This document shows positions 45,740-55,580 of a stretch of 64,000 nucleotides of DNA, piece by piece. Numbering within the stretch: position 1 is the stretch's first letter; each line of letters begins with the position of its first letter. A program made the position numbers and the translations under genes. The DNA comes from Carboxydocellales bacterium (GTDB taxonomy: Bacteria; Bacillota; GCA-003054495; Carboxydocellales; JAJZTU01), in NCBI GenBank assembly GCA_049302075.1, contig JBAQLS010000025.1, forward strand, positions 125,378 through 189,377, read 5' to 3'. The notes beneath the pieces are model-generated. The model worked only from the letters and a program-made list of their open reading frames with translations, searched no databases and had not been told where the DNA came from.

Positions 45740-47430
45740 ATTCAAAATACAGGAGTGATAAGTTGAAAAAGATTAACAGCGGTCTAAGCATTATTCCCCT
45801 CGGAGGCGTGGGGGAAATCGGAAAAAACATGATGGTTTTTGAGTATGGTGACGACATTATAGTTGTAGACGCGGGTGTTGCTTTCCCAGGTGAGGAATTG
45901 TATGGAATTGACCTGGTTATCCAGGATACAAGGTACTTGGTAGAAAACAAAGCACGGGTAAGGGGATTTTTTATCACCCACGGGCATGAGGACCATATAG
46001 GGGCGTTGCCTTATGTCCTAAAAGACTTTGATGTACCTGTATATGCGACCAGGCTTACTATCGGTTTAATTAGCAAGAAGCTTACGGAGCATGGCATGGA
46101 TAAAACTGCAAAGCTGATTGAAATCCATCCTGATGATGTAATCAGCGCAGGAGTCTTTAAGGTTGAATTCTTCAGGGTTAACCATAGTATTCCTGATGGC
46201 GTTGGTCTGGCAATTAATACCCCCGAAGGGCTGGTGGTGCATTCCGGAGACTTCAAGCTGGACCATACACCGATTGATGGCAGGGTGACCGAACTGCACA
46301 AATTAACCGGATACGGTGCCAGGGGAGTATTAGCGTTAATATGTGACAGCACCGGAGTGGAAAATGAAGACTATACACCTTCTGAAAAAGTGGTTGGAGA
46401 GGCCTTTGAGAAAGAGTTTGAGACGGGAAAAGGACGGATAATTGTAGCAACCTTCGCCTCGAATGTGCACAGAATTCAGCAGGTAGTTAATGCCGCAATG
46501 AAACATGACCGTAAAATTGCTGTGGTAGGCAGGAGTATGGTCAACGTAGTTGCGGCGGCAAGGGAATTAGGTTATTTATCTTGCCCGGATTCAATTATGA
46601 TTGATATTAATGATCTAAAAAAGCATGCCCCGGATCGCATTGTAATTATAATGACCGGCAGCCAGGGGGAACCGATGGCAGCCCTGACGCGCATTTCCGA
46701 AGGCAGCCACAGGCAGATAGTACTTCAACGGGGAGACACGGTAATTGTATCGGCATCACCTATCCCTGGCAATGCCAAGCATGTCTACCGGACAATTAAC
46801 AACCTCTTTAAGGGAGGAGCTCGCGTGGTATACAAGGATGTTACCTCTGTTCATGTCTCTGGACATGCTGCCAGGGAGGAAATTAAGACCCTGATCAATA
46901 TGGTTAAACCACAATTTGCGATACCCTTTCATGGGGAGTACAGGCACTTGATAAAGTTTAGAAGAACAGCTTCCGAACTAGGGATTCCTGAAGAAAATGT
47001 CATAATCAGCGCTATAGGAGACAGAAATGTTTTTCACCGGGGGAAATACAGCCTGCAGGGCAAAGTCCACGCCGGCAGCATAATGATTGACGGTCTGGGG
47101 GTAGGCGATGTAGGCAACATAGTTTTACGCGACAGAAAGCATTTGGCTGAAGACGGAGTCGTTGTTGCTGTGCTGACCATTGACAAGACTACAGGGGCTG
47201 TTTTATCAGGCCCGGACATATTGTCCCGCGGGTTTGTATATGTCCGCGATTCTGAGGAATTGCTGGCCAAAATGAAGCATGAACTGGACCGGACGGTACA
47301 AAGTTGTGCAGAAAAACATATCAGGGAATGGTCGACCATAAAAGAACAGATCCGGAAGACCTTAAGTAATGTTATGTATTCCGAAACAAGACGGAGGCCA
47401 CTCATTTTATCGGTAATTATGGAGGTTTAG
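45736..47430 (+). CDS. rnj: Ribonuclease J
   Basis: IIPLGGVGEIGKNM, the THGHEDHIGALPY metallo-beta-lactamase motif, beta-CASP and a C-terminal domain. Length fits RNase J. Confidence 0.9.
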   Translation: MNSKYRSDKLKKINSGLSIIPLGGVGEIGKNMMVFEYGDDIIVVDAGVAFPGEELYGIDLVIQDTRYLVENKARVRGFFITHGHEDHIGALPYVLKDFDVPVYATRLTIGLISKKLTEHGMDKTAKLIEIHPDDVISAGVFKVEFFRVNHSIPDGVGLAINTPEGLVVHSGDFKLDHTPIDGRVTELHKLTGYGARGVLALICDSTGVENEDYTPSEKVVGEAFEKEFETGKGRIIVATFASNVHRIQQVVNAAMKHDRKIAVVGRSMVNVVAAARELGYLSCPDSIMIDINDLKKHAPDRIVIIMTGSQGEPMAALTRISEGSHRQIVLQRGDTVIVSASPIPGNAKHVYRTINNLFKGGARVVYKDVTSVHVSGHAAREEIKTLINMVKPQFAIPFHGEYRHLIKFRRTASELGIPEENVIISAIGDRNVFHRGKYSLQGKVHAGSIMIDGLGVGDVGNIVLRDRKHLAEDGVVVAVLTIDKTTGAVLSGPDILSRGFVYVRDSEELLAKMKHELDRTVQSCAEKHIREWSTIKEQIRKTLSNVMYSETRRRPLILSVIMEV

Positions 47431-47438
47431 TTATAGAA

Positions 47439-49730
47439 ATGAACAACATACATCCTAAATTTCCATTGGAAGAACAAAGGCTTAAAAAAACAAAAAAAGT
47501 TATAGAGGAATACCTGGAAGTGATAAAAACAAGCGAAAAGAAGCAAGTGCAGGATATCAAGCAGGCATTTGTAGACCTTGATTTTCTTGACAGCAGTCAA
47601 AGCTATATCACTATCCTTACAAGTACCCAGATGTTAGAGTATGGCAGGGAAAACTATAAAAAACTTTCGGCAGGAAAAGAAAAACCTTATTTTGCGCGGG
47701 TTGATTTTAAAAATGAAGGAAGTCCGGATTATGGGAAATATTATATTGGTAAATTTTCCGTGCCCTCCGGAGTTGACAGAGAGCCCTTTGTTATTGACTG
47801 GCGCGCCCCGATTGCCAATATCTATTATGAAAGCAGACTGGGAGAAGCAACCTATGAAGCTCCCGAAGGCATTGTAAAAGGAGACCTGGGATTAAAAAGG
47901 CAATTTACAATCAACAATGGCATACTAGAGAACATTTTGGATATTGACCTGACTACAAATGATGAATTTCTCCAGGCTTCCCTGGATGCCGGAGTTGATA
48001 ACAAATTAAAGGATATTGCTGCCACTATTCAGGCTGAGCAGAACAGGATTATCAGGGCTGATATCAACCGCCCGCTTATTGTCCAGGGGGTAGCGGGCAG
48101 CGGGAAGACGACAATTGCTTTACACAGGATTGCTTACCTCATCTACACATATGAGGATGACTTTATTCCGGAAAACTTTTTGATTATTGCTCCAAACCGA
48201 CTCTTTATTAATTATATTTCCGAGGTATTGCCTGAGCTTGGGGTAGAAAGAGTAAAACAAACCACATTTACAGAAGTTATGCTTGAGGTTATTGAACTTG
48301 ATTGTACAATAACAAACCCCAATGATAAGCTTGTTTCTTTCATAAATACCCAGGACGGCAATGAAAACGATTCACCGGCACCTGTTAAATGGGCTTCTGC
48401 CTTTAAGGGGTCAATGATATTTAAAAAGATCATTGACAATTATCTGGACGATTTGGAACAAGCGTTTGTGCCAGATGAGGATCTTGCACTTGAAGAATAT
48501 ATCATAGTACCAAAAGATGAGATTAAAAGGTTGTTTATCCGGGAATACGGCTTTCTGGCTTTTTACCGGAGAGTTGATATGCTTAAAAAGGTATTGTCCA
48601 ACAAGCTGAAGTCGGCCAAAGAGAAAATATTAACAGAGATCGAGGAACCCTTCAACCGCAAAATAGATAATTTAAGGGGTATAGCTATGGAAGATCAAAA
48701 ACGGCGGGATCTAATAGCTTCACTTCTTGATGCCAGGGATGTAAGACTTATGGAAGTAAAGAACAGGTTAAAAAACTTAGTGGCACAATATATTGCGAAG
48801 TTTCCCAAAAGAAATCTGCTGCGTTATTATCAAGACATTGTAACAAATGAGGGCTTTATCCGGAAGCATATCACTGATGAAGCATATGAAAACAGTATTG
48901 GTTTTACCTGTGAGACATCCGAAAGGTTAATCAGCAAAAAACAGATAGAGTTTGAAGACCTGGCTCCTCTTGCCTATTTAAAATACAATCTTTACGGATT
49001 GAAGGAAAAGCCCAGTATTAAGCATTGTGTAATAGACGAAGCTCAGGATTTAAGCAGCTTCCAGATCTATGCCCTGCGTAAAATTTTAAATACTGACCTG
49101 TTTACTATTTTCGGAGATTTGGCTCAGGGAATCCACTCTTACAGGGGCACTAACAATTGGGCAGAGCTTATTAATGATGTCTTTTCTAACCGGGAGTGTA
49201 ATTTCCGAACTCTGGAACAAAGCTACCGCACAACTATAGAAATAATGGAGCTGGCCAATAAAATCCTTAAAAAATCCGAAAACCGGGATTTTATTTATGC
49301 CAAACCGGTAATCAGGCACGGTGATAAGCCCATAATTAAAAATTTCAGTAGTACAGACAATTTTGCAGAGGAAGCGGTCCGGGAGATTGAAACGTTAAAA
49401 TCCAGAGACTACAAATCTGTGGCCTTTATAGGTAAGACCCTAGATGAATGCAGAACAATTAAGAACCTTCTGGAACAGAGGGGGGGACTTAAGGTTGATA
49501 TCATTACCGGTGATGAAGACGTATGGGACGGTGAGGTTGTTGTCCTTCCCGCATACATTGCCAAAGGGCTTGAATTTGATGCCGTCTTTATTGTCAGTAT
49601 AAATGAAGGTTTCTCCTTTGATGAACTGGACATCAAGCTGTTATATATAGCTGTCACGAGAGCCCGCCATAAACTTTATATTTTTCAGACTAATAATTCA
49701 GTTCGGCGGCGTTCAAATACATACGGCTAG
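47439..49730 (+). CDS. helD: HelD-like UvrD-family helicase (helicase IV / RNA polymerase recycling factor type)
   Basis: N-terminal YFARVDF..YYIGK..IDWRAPIANIYY is characteristic of HelD. It also has GVAGSGKTT Walker A and VIDEAQD. Its GC content is lower than that of its neighbours. Confidence 0.8.
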   Translation: MNNIHPKFPLEEQRLKKTKKVIEEYLEVIKTSEKKQVQDIKQAFVDLDFLDSSQSYITILTSTQMLEYGRENYKKLSAGKEKPYFARVDFKNEGSPDYGKYYIGKFSVPSGVDREPFVIDWRAPIANIYYESRLGEATYEAPEGIVKGDLGLKRQFTINNGILENILDIDLTTNDEFLQASLDAGVDNKLKDIAATIQAEQNRIIRADINRPLIVQGVAGSGKTTIALHRIAYLIYTYEDDFIPENFLIIAPNRLFINYISEVLPELGVERVKQTTFTEVMLEVIELDCTITNPNDKLVSFINTQDGNENDSPAPVKWASAFKGSMIFKKIIDNYLDDLEQAFVPDEDLALEEYIIVPKDEIKRLFIREYGFLAFYRRVDMLKKVLSNKLKSAKEKILTEIEEPFNRKIDNLRGIAMEDQKRRDLIASLLDARDVRLMEVKNRLKNLVAQYIAKFPKRNLLRYYQDIVTNEGFIRKHITDEAYENSIGFTCETSERLISKKQIEFEDLAPLAYLKYNLYGLKEKPSIKHCVIDEAQDLSSFQIYALRKILNTDLFTIFGDLAQGIHSYRGTNNWAELINDVFSNRECNFRTLEQSYRTTIEIMELANKILKKSENRDFIYAKPVIRHGDKPIIKNFSSTDNFAEEAVREIETLKSRDYKSVAFIGKTLDECRTIKNLLEQRGGLKVDIITGDEDVWDGEVVVLPAYIAKGLEFDAVFIVSINEGFSFDELDIKLLYIAVTRARHKLYIFQTNNSVRRRSNTYG

Positions 49731-49756
49731 AGGATGGAAAATATTCCATCCTTTTT
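49731..49756 (+). terminator. Rho-independent terminator
   Basis: AGGATGGAA-AATA-TTCCATCCT followed by TTTT. Confidence 0.8.
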
Positions 49757-49907
49757 GTTGACAAAACAAGCTTTGCTAAGTTACTATAATTATAATATTA
49801 GGATATTGTAATATTAGCAAATTGACGAGCGTTATCTGCAGTTCATCAACAAGACCAGGCCAAGGAAGCATAGTTTATTATGTACATAATTTACAGGGGG
49901 GATTACC

Positions 49908-50855
49908 GTGCTGCAATGGTTTGCTGATTGGTTAGTATACACTTTGCTAGGTTTAGCAAAAGGTACCCGCTTGTCCGGGGCAATTAACTTTTTTATTTAT
50001 GATACAATAAAAATATTACTGCTGTTGGCAGTAATTATTTATGCCGTTTCTATTATCCGCAGCTTCTTTCCTCCTGAAAAAACCAAGAAATTATTGAGTC
50101 ATCGACGACAGTTCTATGGCAATATATCCGCAGCCCTCTTGGGAGTAGTAACTCCTTTTTGCTCCTGTTCCGCGGTTCCAGTATTCATCGGCTTTGTGGA
50201 AGCAGGGGTACCTTTGGGAGTGACCTTCTCCTTCTTAATATCCTCTCCTATGGTTAATGAAGTCGCGGTAATCCTACTCCTGGGTATGTTTGGCTGGAAA
50301 ATTGCCGGGATTTACGTAATTTCAGGTTTGATAGTGGCCATAGCAGGCGGTATGCTCATAGGCAGTTTACAACTGGAAAACCAGGTCGAGGAATATGTTT
50401 ATCAGATTAAGCTAACTGACCTGGAGCTGCCAAAGCTGACCTGGAAGGATCGTTCCGATTATGCTTTGGGGTATGTAAAGGATATCCTAAAAAAGGTTTG
50501 GCCTTATATTGTAGTTGCCATTGCCATCGGGGGTGCCATCCATGGTTATGCCCCGGAAAATTTCCTGGTCCAGTACGCAGGTAGGGATAATATTCTGGCG
50601 GTTCCTGTTGCTGTACTGATCGGGGTTCCGTTGTATTCTAACGCCGCCGGCGTGATACCCATTGTCCATGCTTTAATGGAGAAAGGTATGGCCGTGGGTA
50701 CAGTTCTGGCCTTTATGATGGCAGTTACCGCCCTTAGCTTGCCGGAAATGATTATTTTACGCCAGGTCCTGAAACCAAAGTTAATTGGGATTTTTGTCTC
50801 GATTATGGCTGTTACAATTATCTTTACCGGTTATTTATTTAATGCAATCTTATAA
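49908..50855 (+). CDS. COG0701/ArsP-type permease
   Basis: Polytopic membrane protein with the TPFCSCSAVP motif typical of this permease family. Confidence 0.75.
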   Translation: MLQWFADWLVYTLLGLAKGTRLSGAINFFIYDTIKILLLLAVIIYAVSIIRSFFPPEKTKKLLSHRRQFYGNISAALLGVVTPFCSCSAVPVFIGFVEAGVPLGVTFSFLISSPMVNEVAVILLLGMFGWKIAGIYVISGLIVAIAGGMLIGSLQLENQVEEYVYQIKLTDLELPKLTWKDRSDYALGYVKDILKKVWPYIVVAIAIGGAIHGYAPENFLVQYAGRDNILAVPVAVLIGVPLYSNAAGVIPIVHALMEKGMAVGTVLAFMMAVTALSLPEMIILRQVLKPKLIGIFVSIMAVTIIFTGYLFNAIL

Positions 50856-50873
50856 AATATTAGGAGGTAGGTT

Positions 50874-51206
50874 TTGATGGAGGAAAGATTGTTCCAGATG
50901 AAGGCAGATTTCTTAAAGGCTTTGGCTCATCCAACCAGGATCAGGATATTAGAGCACCTTAGGGCAGAAGAACGTTGTGTGTGTAGGTTTATCGAAGACC
51001 TGGACATGGAGCAGTCTAATGTTTCTCAACATTTAGCGGTCTTAAAGAAGCAGGAGATTGTATCCTCAAGAAAAGAGGGAACGAATGTTATTTATAAAGT
51101 TGACCACCCTGAAGTATATGCGATATTGGATATGATCAACGAGGTTCTATACACCCAGGTTAACAGCACTATGAAGCTGCTAAAAACTCAAAAAATATTA
51201 AAGTAA
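50874..51206 (+). CDS. ArsR/SmtB-family transcriptional regulator
   Basis: LAHPTRIRILEHL..ERCVCRF..SQHLAVLK winged-helix pattern. Confidence 0.8.
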   Translation: MMEERLFQMKADFLKALAHPTRIRILEHLRAEERCVCRFIEDLDMEQSNVSQHLAVLKKQEIVSSRKEGTNVIYKVDHPEVYAILDMINEVLYTQVNSTMKLLKTQKILK

Positions 51207-51221
51207 GGGGGGTGAAGGTAG

Positions 51222-51476
51222 ATGAACATTAAAGTTTTAGGGCCAGGTTGCGTTAACTGTACTAATCTGCAAAAATTGGTACAAGAAGTAGTTGGAGAAT
51301 TAGGGGTGGAAGCTTCTGTAGAAAAAATTACCGACTTTAAGGAAATTGCCAAGTACGGTATCATGTCCACACCCGGATTAGTCATCAATGAGGTTGTCAA
51401 GTGGTCAGGTAGTGTTCCTAACAAGGCCAAGGTCAATGAATTAATTACCACGGAGTTGGCCAAGGAAGGTTCTTAA
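51222..51476 (+). CDS. Thioredoxin-fold redox-active disulfide protein 2 family
   Basis: MNIKVLGPGCVNCTNL.. with CxxC. It sits in the usual permease/ArsR neighbourhood. Confidence 0.8.
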   Translation: MNIKVLGPGCVNCTNLQKLVQEVVGELGVEASVEKITDFKEIAKYGIMSTPGLVINEVVKWSGSVPNKAKVNELITTELAKEGS

Positions 51477-52919
51477 GGTTCTTAAGGGGTGTCTCACAAT
51501 AAAATACATTAAACCCATGACAAAGAATACGCCAATAAGTCGGTAAGGTATTCTTCCGGTCATAAGCCCCCTTATTCCGGCCTGCATTGCTGCTCCCTGA
51601 GAGTCTTTTTCAAGTTCTGTTTCTGCCGCTGTAATAAACAGTTTATTAAACCAGCTGCGCCTATTCAGTTGGGTATTAATCCGGAAAAGCAGCATGCCGA
51701 TTTGATTGTCCCATTTAAATTCCTGCAAAGGTTGATGATAAAACCGGGCAAACGCCTCTTTGCTAGCTCCGTGGTGACAAATAGCTTCAGCAGCCAGATG
51801 GGCATGCAAAAAACTTGCATAAACCCCATCCTTAAGAACCCTCCCGTATCCGGTTAAATCACCTAACATAACCCAACCGTCTCCATAGAAGTTTTGGGCA
51901 AATCCAATAAAAAGCTTGGCAGGGCAAATAGTCCGGCAGCGCAAATGCTTAGATGGTTGGGGAAGATCCAAGTATTTTTTTACTTGCGGATGGTCGAAGA
52001 CAACGTCCAATTCCTCAGCAGTCAGCTTTTTGCCTAACATAGTAAGGGTAAGCCAATTTTTACCCTTGGGAATAAAGGCTATAACAGCATCCTCAACTAA
52101 ACCGTCAATAACTAAAATGCGATTAGCGATAAGGTTATGTTTTGCCGTAGAGGTATCAACCTCTGTAACACTGCCTTCCATCAAAGGTGGAGGTATATAT
52201 CCAGTTAGAGCCTGGAAATTCTGCAGCATCGGTTTACCCAGGGAACGAAAGCCGGTAGCTAAAACCAATACATGAGCATCCAGTTCTTCATAACTGCCAT
52301 CATTTTTTTTAAGACTTAAAACAACTTTCCATTTAGGCTCATTATCAGGATATTGCTTACCTGGTTCAGTCAGTGGTATTATCTGTCGTACCAGGGTGGG
52401 TTCAATAATGTTGAAACAAGGTTCCATATCTTCGATTCCTTCTAAAATTCTCGATTTCAGGGAATCGTCAAAACCAGTTATCCCGAAACGACTAGTTCTT
52501 AGAGTGGTCAGCATGGGGATATTTAGGTTGACTTGGGTATTGCCTTCCTTATTTATAAAAATACACTCAGAAACATTATTTAAGATTACGTCATGGGGAG
52601 TATGCAGATCAAACAGATTTATCATAGTTTCCCGGGCCAGATCGGTTATCAGTCCGCCACAATAATTACATCCTGAACTATTTACCAAATATACTTTTGG
52701 GTGTTGGCCTGTTTTTCTACATAGGGTAAGTATTTTACGGGCAAAAGCGCTGCCGGACAGTCCGCCGCCCACGATGACAATAACTGCATTCTTGTTTAAA
52801 CCGGTTATGGAAGTCTCCGGATAAATATCATCCTGCGGCTCTATGTTTTGCTTGGGTGCAGGTTTGTTAAAAGTTTTTTCCAGATATTTAATAAAACTGT
52901 TAAGTAGCAAATACAGCAC
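51441..52919 (-). CDS. FAD/NAD(P)-binding oxidoreductase of unknown specificity with a C-terminal hydrophobic tail
   Basis: VIVGGGLSGSAFA dinucleotide-binding motif and a CNYCGG motif. The start codon is uncertain. The 3' end overlaps the convergent thioredoxin-like gene by 36 nt. Confidence 0.55.
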   Translation of the reverse strand: MLYLLLNSFIKYLEKTFNKPAPKQNIEPQDDIYPETSITGLNKNAVIVIVGGGLSGSAFARKILTLCRKTGQHPKVYLVNSSGCNYCGGLITDLARETMINLFDLHTPHDVILNNVSECIFINKEGNTQVNLNIPMLTTLRTSRFGITGFDDSLKSRILEGIEDMEPCFNIIEPTLVRQIIPLTEPGKQYPDNEPKWKVVLSLKKNDGSYEELDAHVLVLATGFRSLGKPMLQNFQALTGYIPPPLMEGSVTEVDTSTAKHNLIANRILVIDGLVEDAVIAFIPKGKNWLTLTMLGKKLTAEELDVVFDHPQVKKYLDLPQPSKHLRCRTICPAKLFIGFAQNFYGDGWVMLGDLTGYGRVLKDGVYASFLHAHLAAEAICHHGASKEAFARFYHQPLQEFKWDNQIGMLLFRINTQLNRRSWFNKLFITAAETELEKDSQGAAMQAGIRGLMTGRIPYRLIGVFFVMGLMYFIVRHPLRTLRTFLGQLRGN

Positions 52920-53050
52920 CCTTTCTTAACCCTAATAATGTGCTATTTGAATTATATCATGTATATCGTTAGTGGACTATTGCGTTCTCTGAATTATCAT
53001 GTTAAACTCATTTTGTAAAGATTTAGTTGCATTTATTTTTTTACATTACA

Positions 53051-53076
53051 TATTTATATATTTAAATATATAAATA
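53051..53076. promoter_or_regulatory. Perfect 26-bp AT palindrome: candidate ArsR operator in a divergent promoter region
   Basis: TATTTATATATTTAAATATATAAATA equals its own reverse complement (checked by hand). It lies 77 nt upstream of the arsR ATG. Confidence 0.5.
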
Positions 53077-53152
53077 ATAGGCAAGCATATTAATGGGCTG
53101 TTATCCAAACATGTTCGAATTGCAGTTTTATTTGAAGAAGGGATGAGCTTAA

Positions 53153-53542
53153 ATGAGGAAACTGGCTGAGTTTTTTAAAGCGCTCGGTGACGAAAACAGA
53201 TTAAAAATAATCCGGATGCTATCGGAGAAAGAGCTGTGTGTTTGCGAAATTATTGACAGGTTAGAACTATCTCAACCGGCAATTTCTCACCATTTGAAGA
53301 TTCTACGACAGGCGGGCTTGGTTAAAGATACTAAAGAGGGCAAATGGGTGTATTATGCTCTGAATAAAACAGCCTTTATCAATAATGGTGATAAGCTGAA
53401 GCGAATTCTGGCTGAACTACTTGGCGAAAACACTCACTCCCAACAATTTAATCAGCCTAAAAGCCGTACGGATTGTAGTCTTTGTGAAAAACTGGAGGCC
53501 AAACAAGCAGCAATTAGTAAAGAGTTAGGGGGGGTTAAGTAG
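53153..53542 (+). CDS. arsR: ArsR-family arsenical resistance repressor
   Basis: ELCVCEI metal-binding motif and SHHLKILRQAGLV. An ACR3 gene follows. Confidence 0.85.
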   Translation: MRKLAEFFKALGDENRLKIIRMLSEKELCVCEIIDRLELSQPAISHHLKILRQAGLVKDTKEGKWVYYALNKTAFINNGDKLKRILAELLGENTHSQQFNQPKSRTDCSLCEKLEAKQAAISKELGGVK

Positions 53543-53612
53543 TTGTAGCAAATGGAGGTAAAGTCTAATGGAGTTTAGATAAAGTTCACTTAAAAGATGG
53601 GAGGCGACCTTT

Positions 53613-54686
53613 GTGAATCAAACAGCGGTACCAGCTAAATTATCCTTTTTAGATCGTTTTTTAACCTTGTGGATTTTTCTGGCAATGGCCATAGGTGTGG
53701 GTGGAGGATACCTTTATCCGGGAGTGGCTGCCTGGTTAGATAAGTTTTCCATAGGAACAACATCCATCCCCATTGCAGTTGGTTTGATAGTAATGATGTA
53801 TCCACCCCTGGCTAAAGTAAAATATGAAGAATTGGGTAAAGTCTTTAAGAACGGGAAAGTAGTACTGCTGTCCTTAGTCCAGAACTGGATTATCGGACCT
53901 GTGCTGATGTTTGCTCTGGCGGTATTATTATTAGCGGATAAGCCTGAGTATATGGTTGGCTTAATCCTAATCGGTTTGGCTCGTTGCATCGCCATGGTTA
54001 TCGTCTGGAACACCCTGGCTAAAGGAGACTCTGAATACGCCGCTGCATTGGTAGCTTTAAATTCAATTTTCCAGTTGGTGCTTTATTCCGTCTATGCCTA
54101 TGTGTTTATCACTGTGCTTCCCAAATGGCTAGGCTTAAAAGGTATGGAAATTAATGTATCCATGGCTGATGTAGCACTTAGTGTAGCCATTTATTTAGGT
54201 ATACCCTTTCTAGCAGGATTCCTAACCAGATACATCCTCATTCCTGCCAAGGGCAAGGAGTGGTATGAAGATAAATTTCTACCCCAAATTAGTCCCCTGA
54301 CTCTGATTTTTCTTTTGTTCACCATTATGGTGATGTTCTCGCTTAAGGGCAGCTATATCGTTAAACTCCCCATGGATGTAGTAAGGGTTGCTATTCCACT
54401 GCTTATCTACTTTGTAGTAATGTTCCTGGTGTCTTTCTTCATGAGCTGGCGTTTTGGGGTTAATTACCAGCAGTCCACCACTCTTTCTTTCACCGCAGCC
54501 AGTAACAACTTTGAATTAGCTATTGCTGTGGCTGTGGCGATTTTCGGCATTAATTCCAACCAAGCCTTTGCTGCAGTTATTGGTCCGCTGATTGAAGTTC
54601 CGGTTATGATTGGCTTAGTAAATGTGGCTTTAATGTTTTCCCGCAAGTATTTTACCGCCACGGGCAGCTCGACGGCTAAACAATAG
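53613..54686 (+). CDS. acr3: ACR3-family arsenite efflux transporter
   Basis: [13 protein letters not shown].. N-terminus, the MYPPLAKV and RCIAMV regions, and 10-TM length typical of ACR3. Confidence 0.9.
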   Translation: MNQTAVPAKLSFLDRFLTLWIFLAMAIGVGGGYLYPGVAAWLDKFSIGTTSIPIAVGLIVMMYPPLAKVKYEELGKVFKNGKVVLLSLVQNWIIGPVLMFALAVLLLADKPEYMVGLILIGLARCIAMVIVWNTLAKGDSEYAAALVALNSIFQLVLYSVYAYVFITVLPKWLGLKGMEINVSMADVALSVAIYLGIPFLAGFLTRYILIPAKGKEWYEDKFLPQISPLTLIFLLFTIMVMFSLKGSYIVKLPMDVVRVAIPLLIYFVVMFLVSFFMSWRFGVNYQQSTTLSFTAASNNFELAIAVAVAIFGINSNQAFAAVIGPLIEVPVMIGLVNVALMFSRKYFTATGSSTAKQ

Positions 54687-54760
54687 GCTTAAGTTCCTTA
54701 AGGACTAAAACAAACTACTGATAATTAAGTTTCAATAATTGATTTTAGGAGAGAAATGCC

Positions 54761-55477
54761 TTGAAAATAGCTATTATTTCTGATCTTCATTCTAATTTGG
54801 AAGCTTTACGCAGTGTTTTGCAGGATATCGACGGGCAAAATGTCCAGCAAATTTACTGTACCGGGGATTTAGTCGGCTATGCTCCCTTTCCCAACGAAGT
54901 AATTGATTTGATTCGGGGAAAAAGAATACCTACTGTACTGGGTAATTACGATGACGGCGTAGGAAATATGCGTTTTATCTGTGGTTGTGATTATAAAGAT
55001 GAACAAGCCCAGGTCCTTGGGGAACAATCAATCAACTGGACCAAAGAGCATACTACAGAGCAAAACAAGGAGTTCCTCCGGAATTTACCCCTTGAAATCA
55101 GATTTAATATAGGTAGTAAGAGAGTTCTGTTAGTACACGGAAGTCCCAACCGATTGAATGAGTATCTTTTTGAACAAGAGGTAGTAGAAAAGATAGCCGA
55201 AATGACTGAACAAGCCAATACAGATATACTTGTCTGTGGCCATACCCATATCCCATATCATGTTATGTTGCAGAACAAGCATGTCATCAATGCAGGTAGT
55301 GTAGGAAAACCAAAACATGGTGGTCCTCAGGCCACCTATGTTATTTTATCTAATTTTGCCGACGTAAAAGTGGAAATCAGGAAAGTGGAGTATAATTTCG
55401 AAGCTACTGCCTTAGCCATCGAGGAATCGGATTTGCCAAATGATTTTGCAAAGCTTATCCGCCTGGGAACTGGTTAG
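54761..55477 (+). CDS. Metallophosphoesterase (YfcE-like)
   Basis: ISDLHSN, GDLVGY and GHTH motifs. Confidence 0.8.
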   Translation: MKIAIISDLHSNLEALRSVLQDIDGQNVQQIYCTGDLVGYAPFPNEVIDLIRGKRIPTVLGNYDDGVGNMRFICGCDYKDEQAQVLGEQSINWTKEHTTEQNKEFLRNLPLEIRFNIGSKRVLLVHGSPNRLNEYLFEQEVVEKIAEMTEQANTDILVCGHTHIPYHVMLQNKHVINAGSVGKPKHGGPQATYVILSNFADVKVEIRKVEYNFEATALAIEESDLPNDFAKLIRLGTG

Positions 55478-55481
55478 CATT

Positions 55482-55512
55482 TTTCGTGCTATACGGGTTT
55501 TTTAACAGCCTG
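55482..55512 (+). repeat. 3'-terminal fragment of the intergenic repeat
   Basis: TTCGTGCTATACGGGTTTTTTAACAGCCTGC begins 5 nt after the stop codon at 55475-55477. Confidence 0.6.
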
Positions 55513-55580
55513 CTTTTGCGACAATAAAAACAACCTAAAATGTGCATATACCCACTTACAAGTACTCCGCCGGTATAGGG

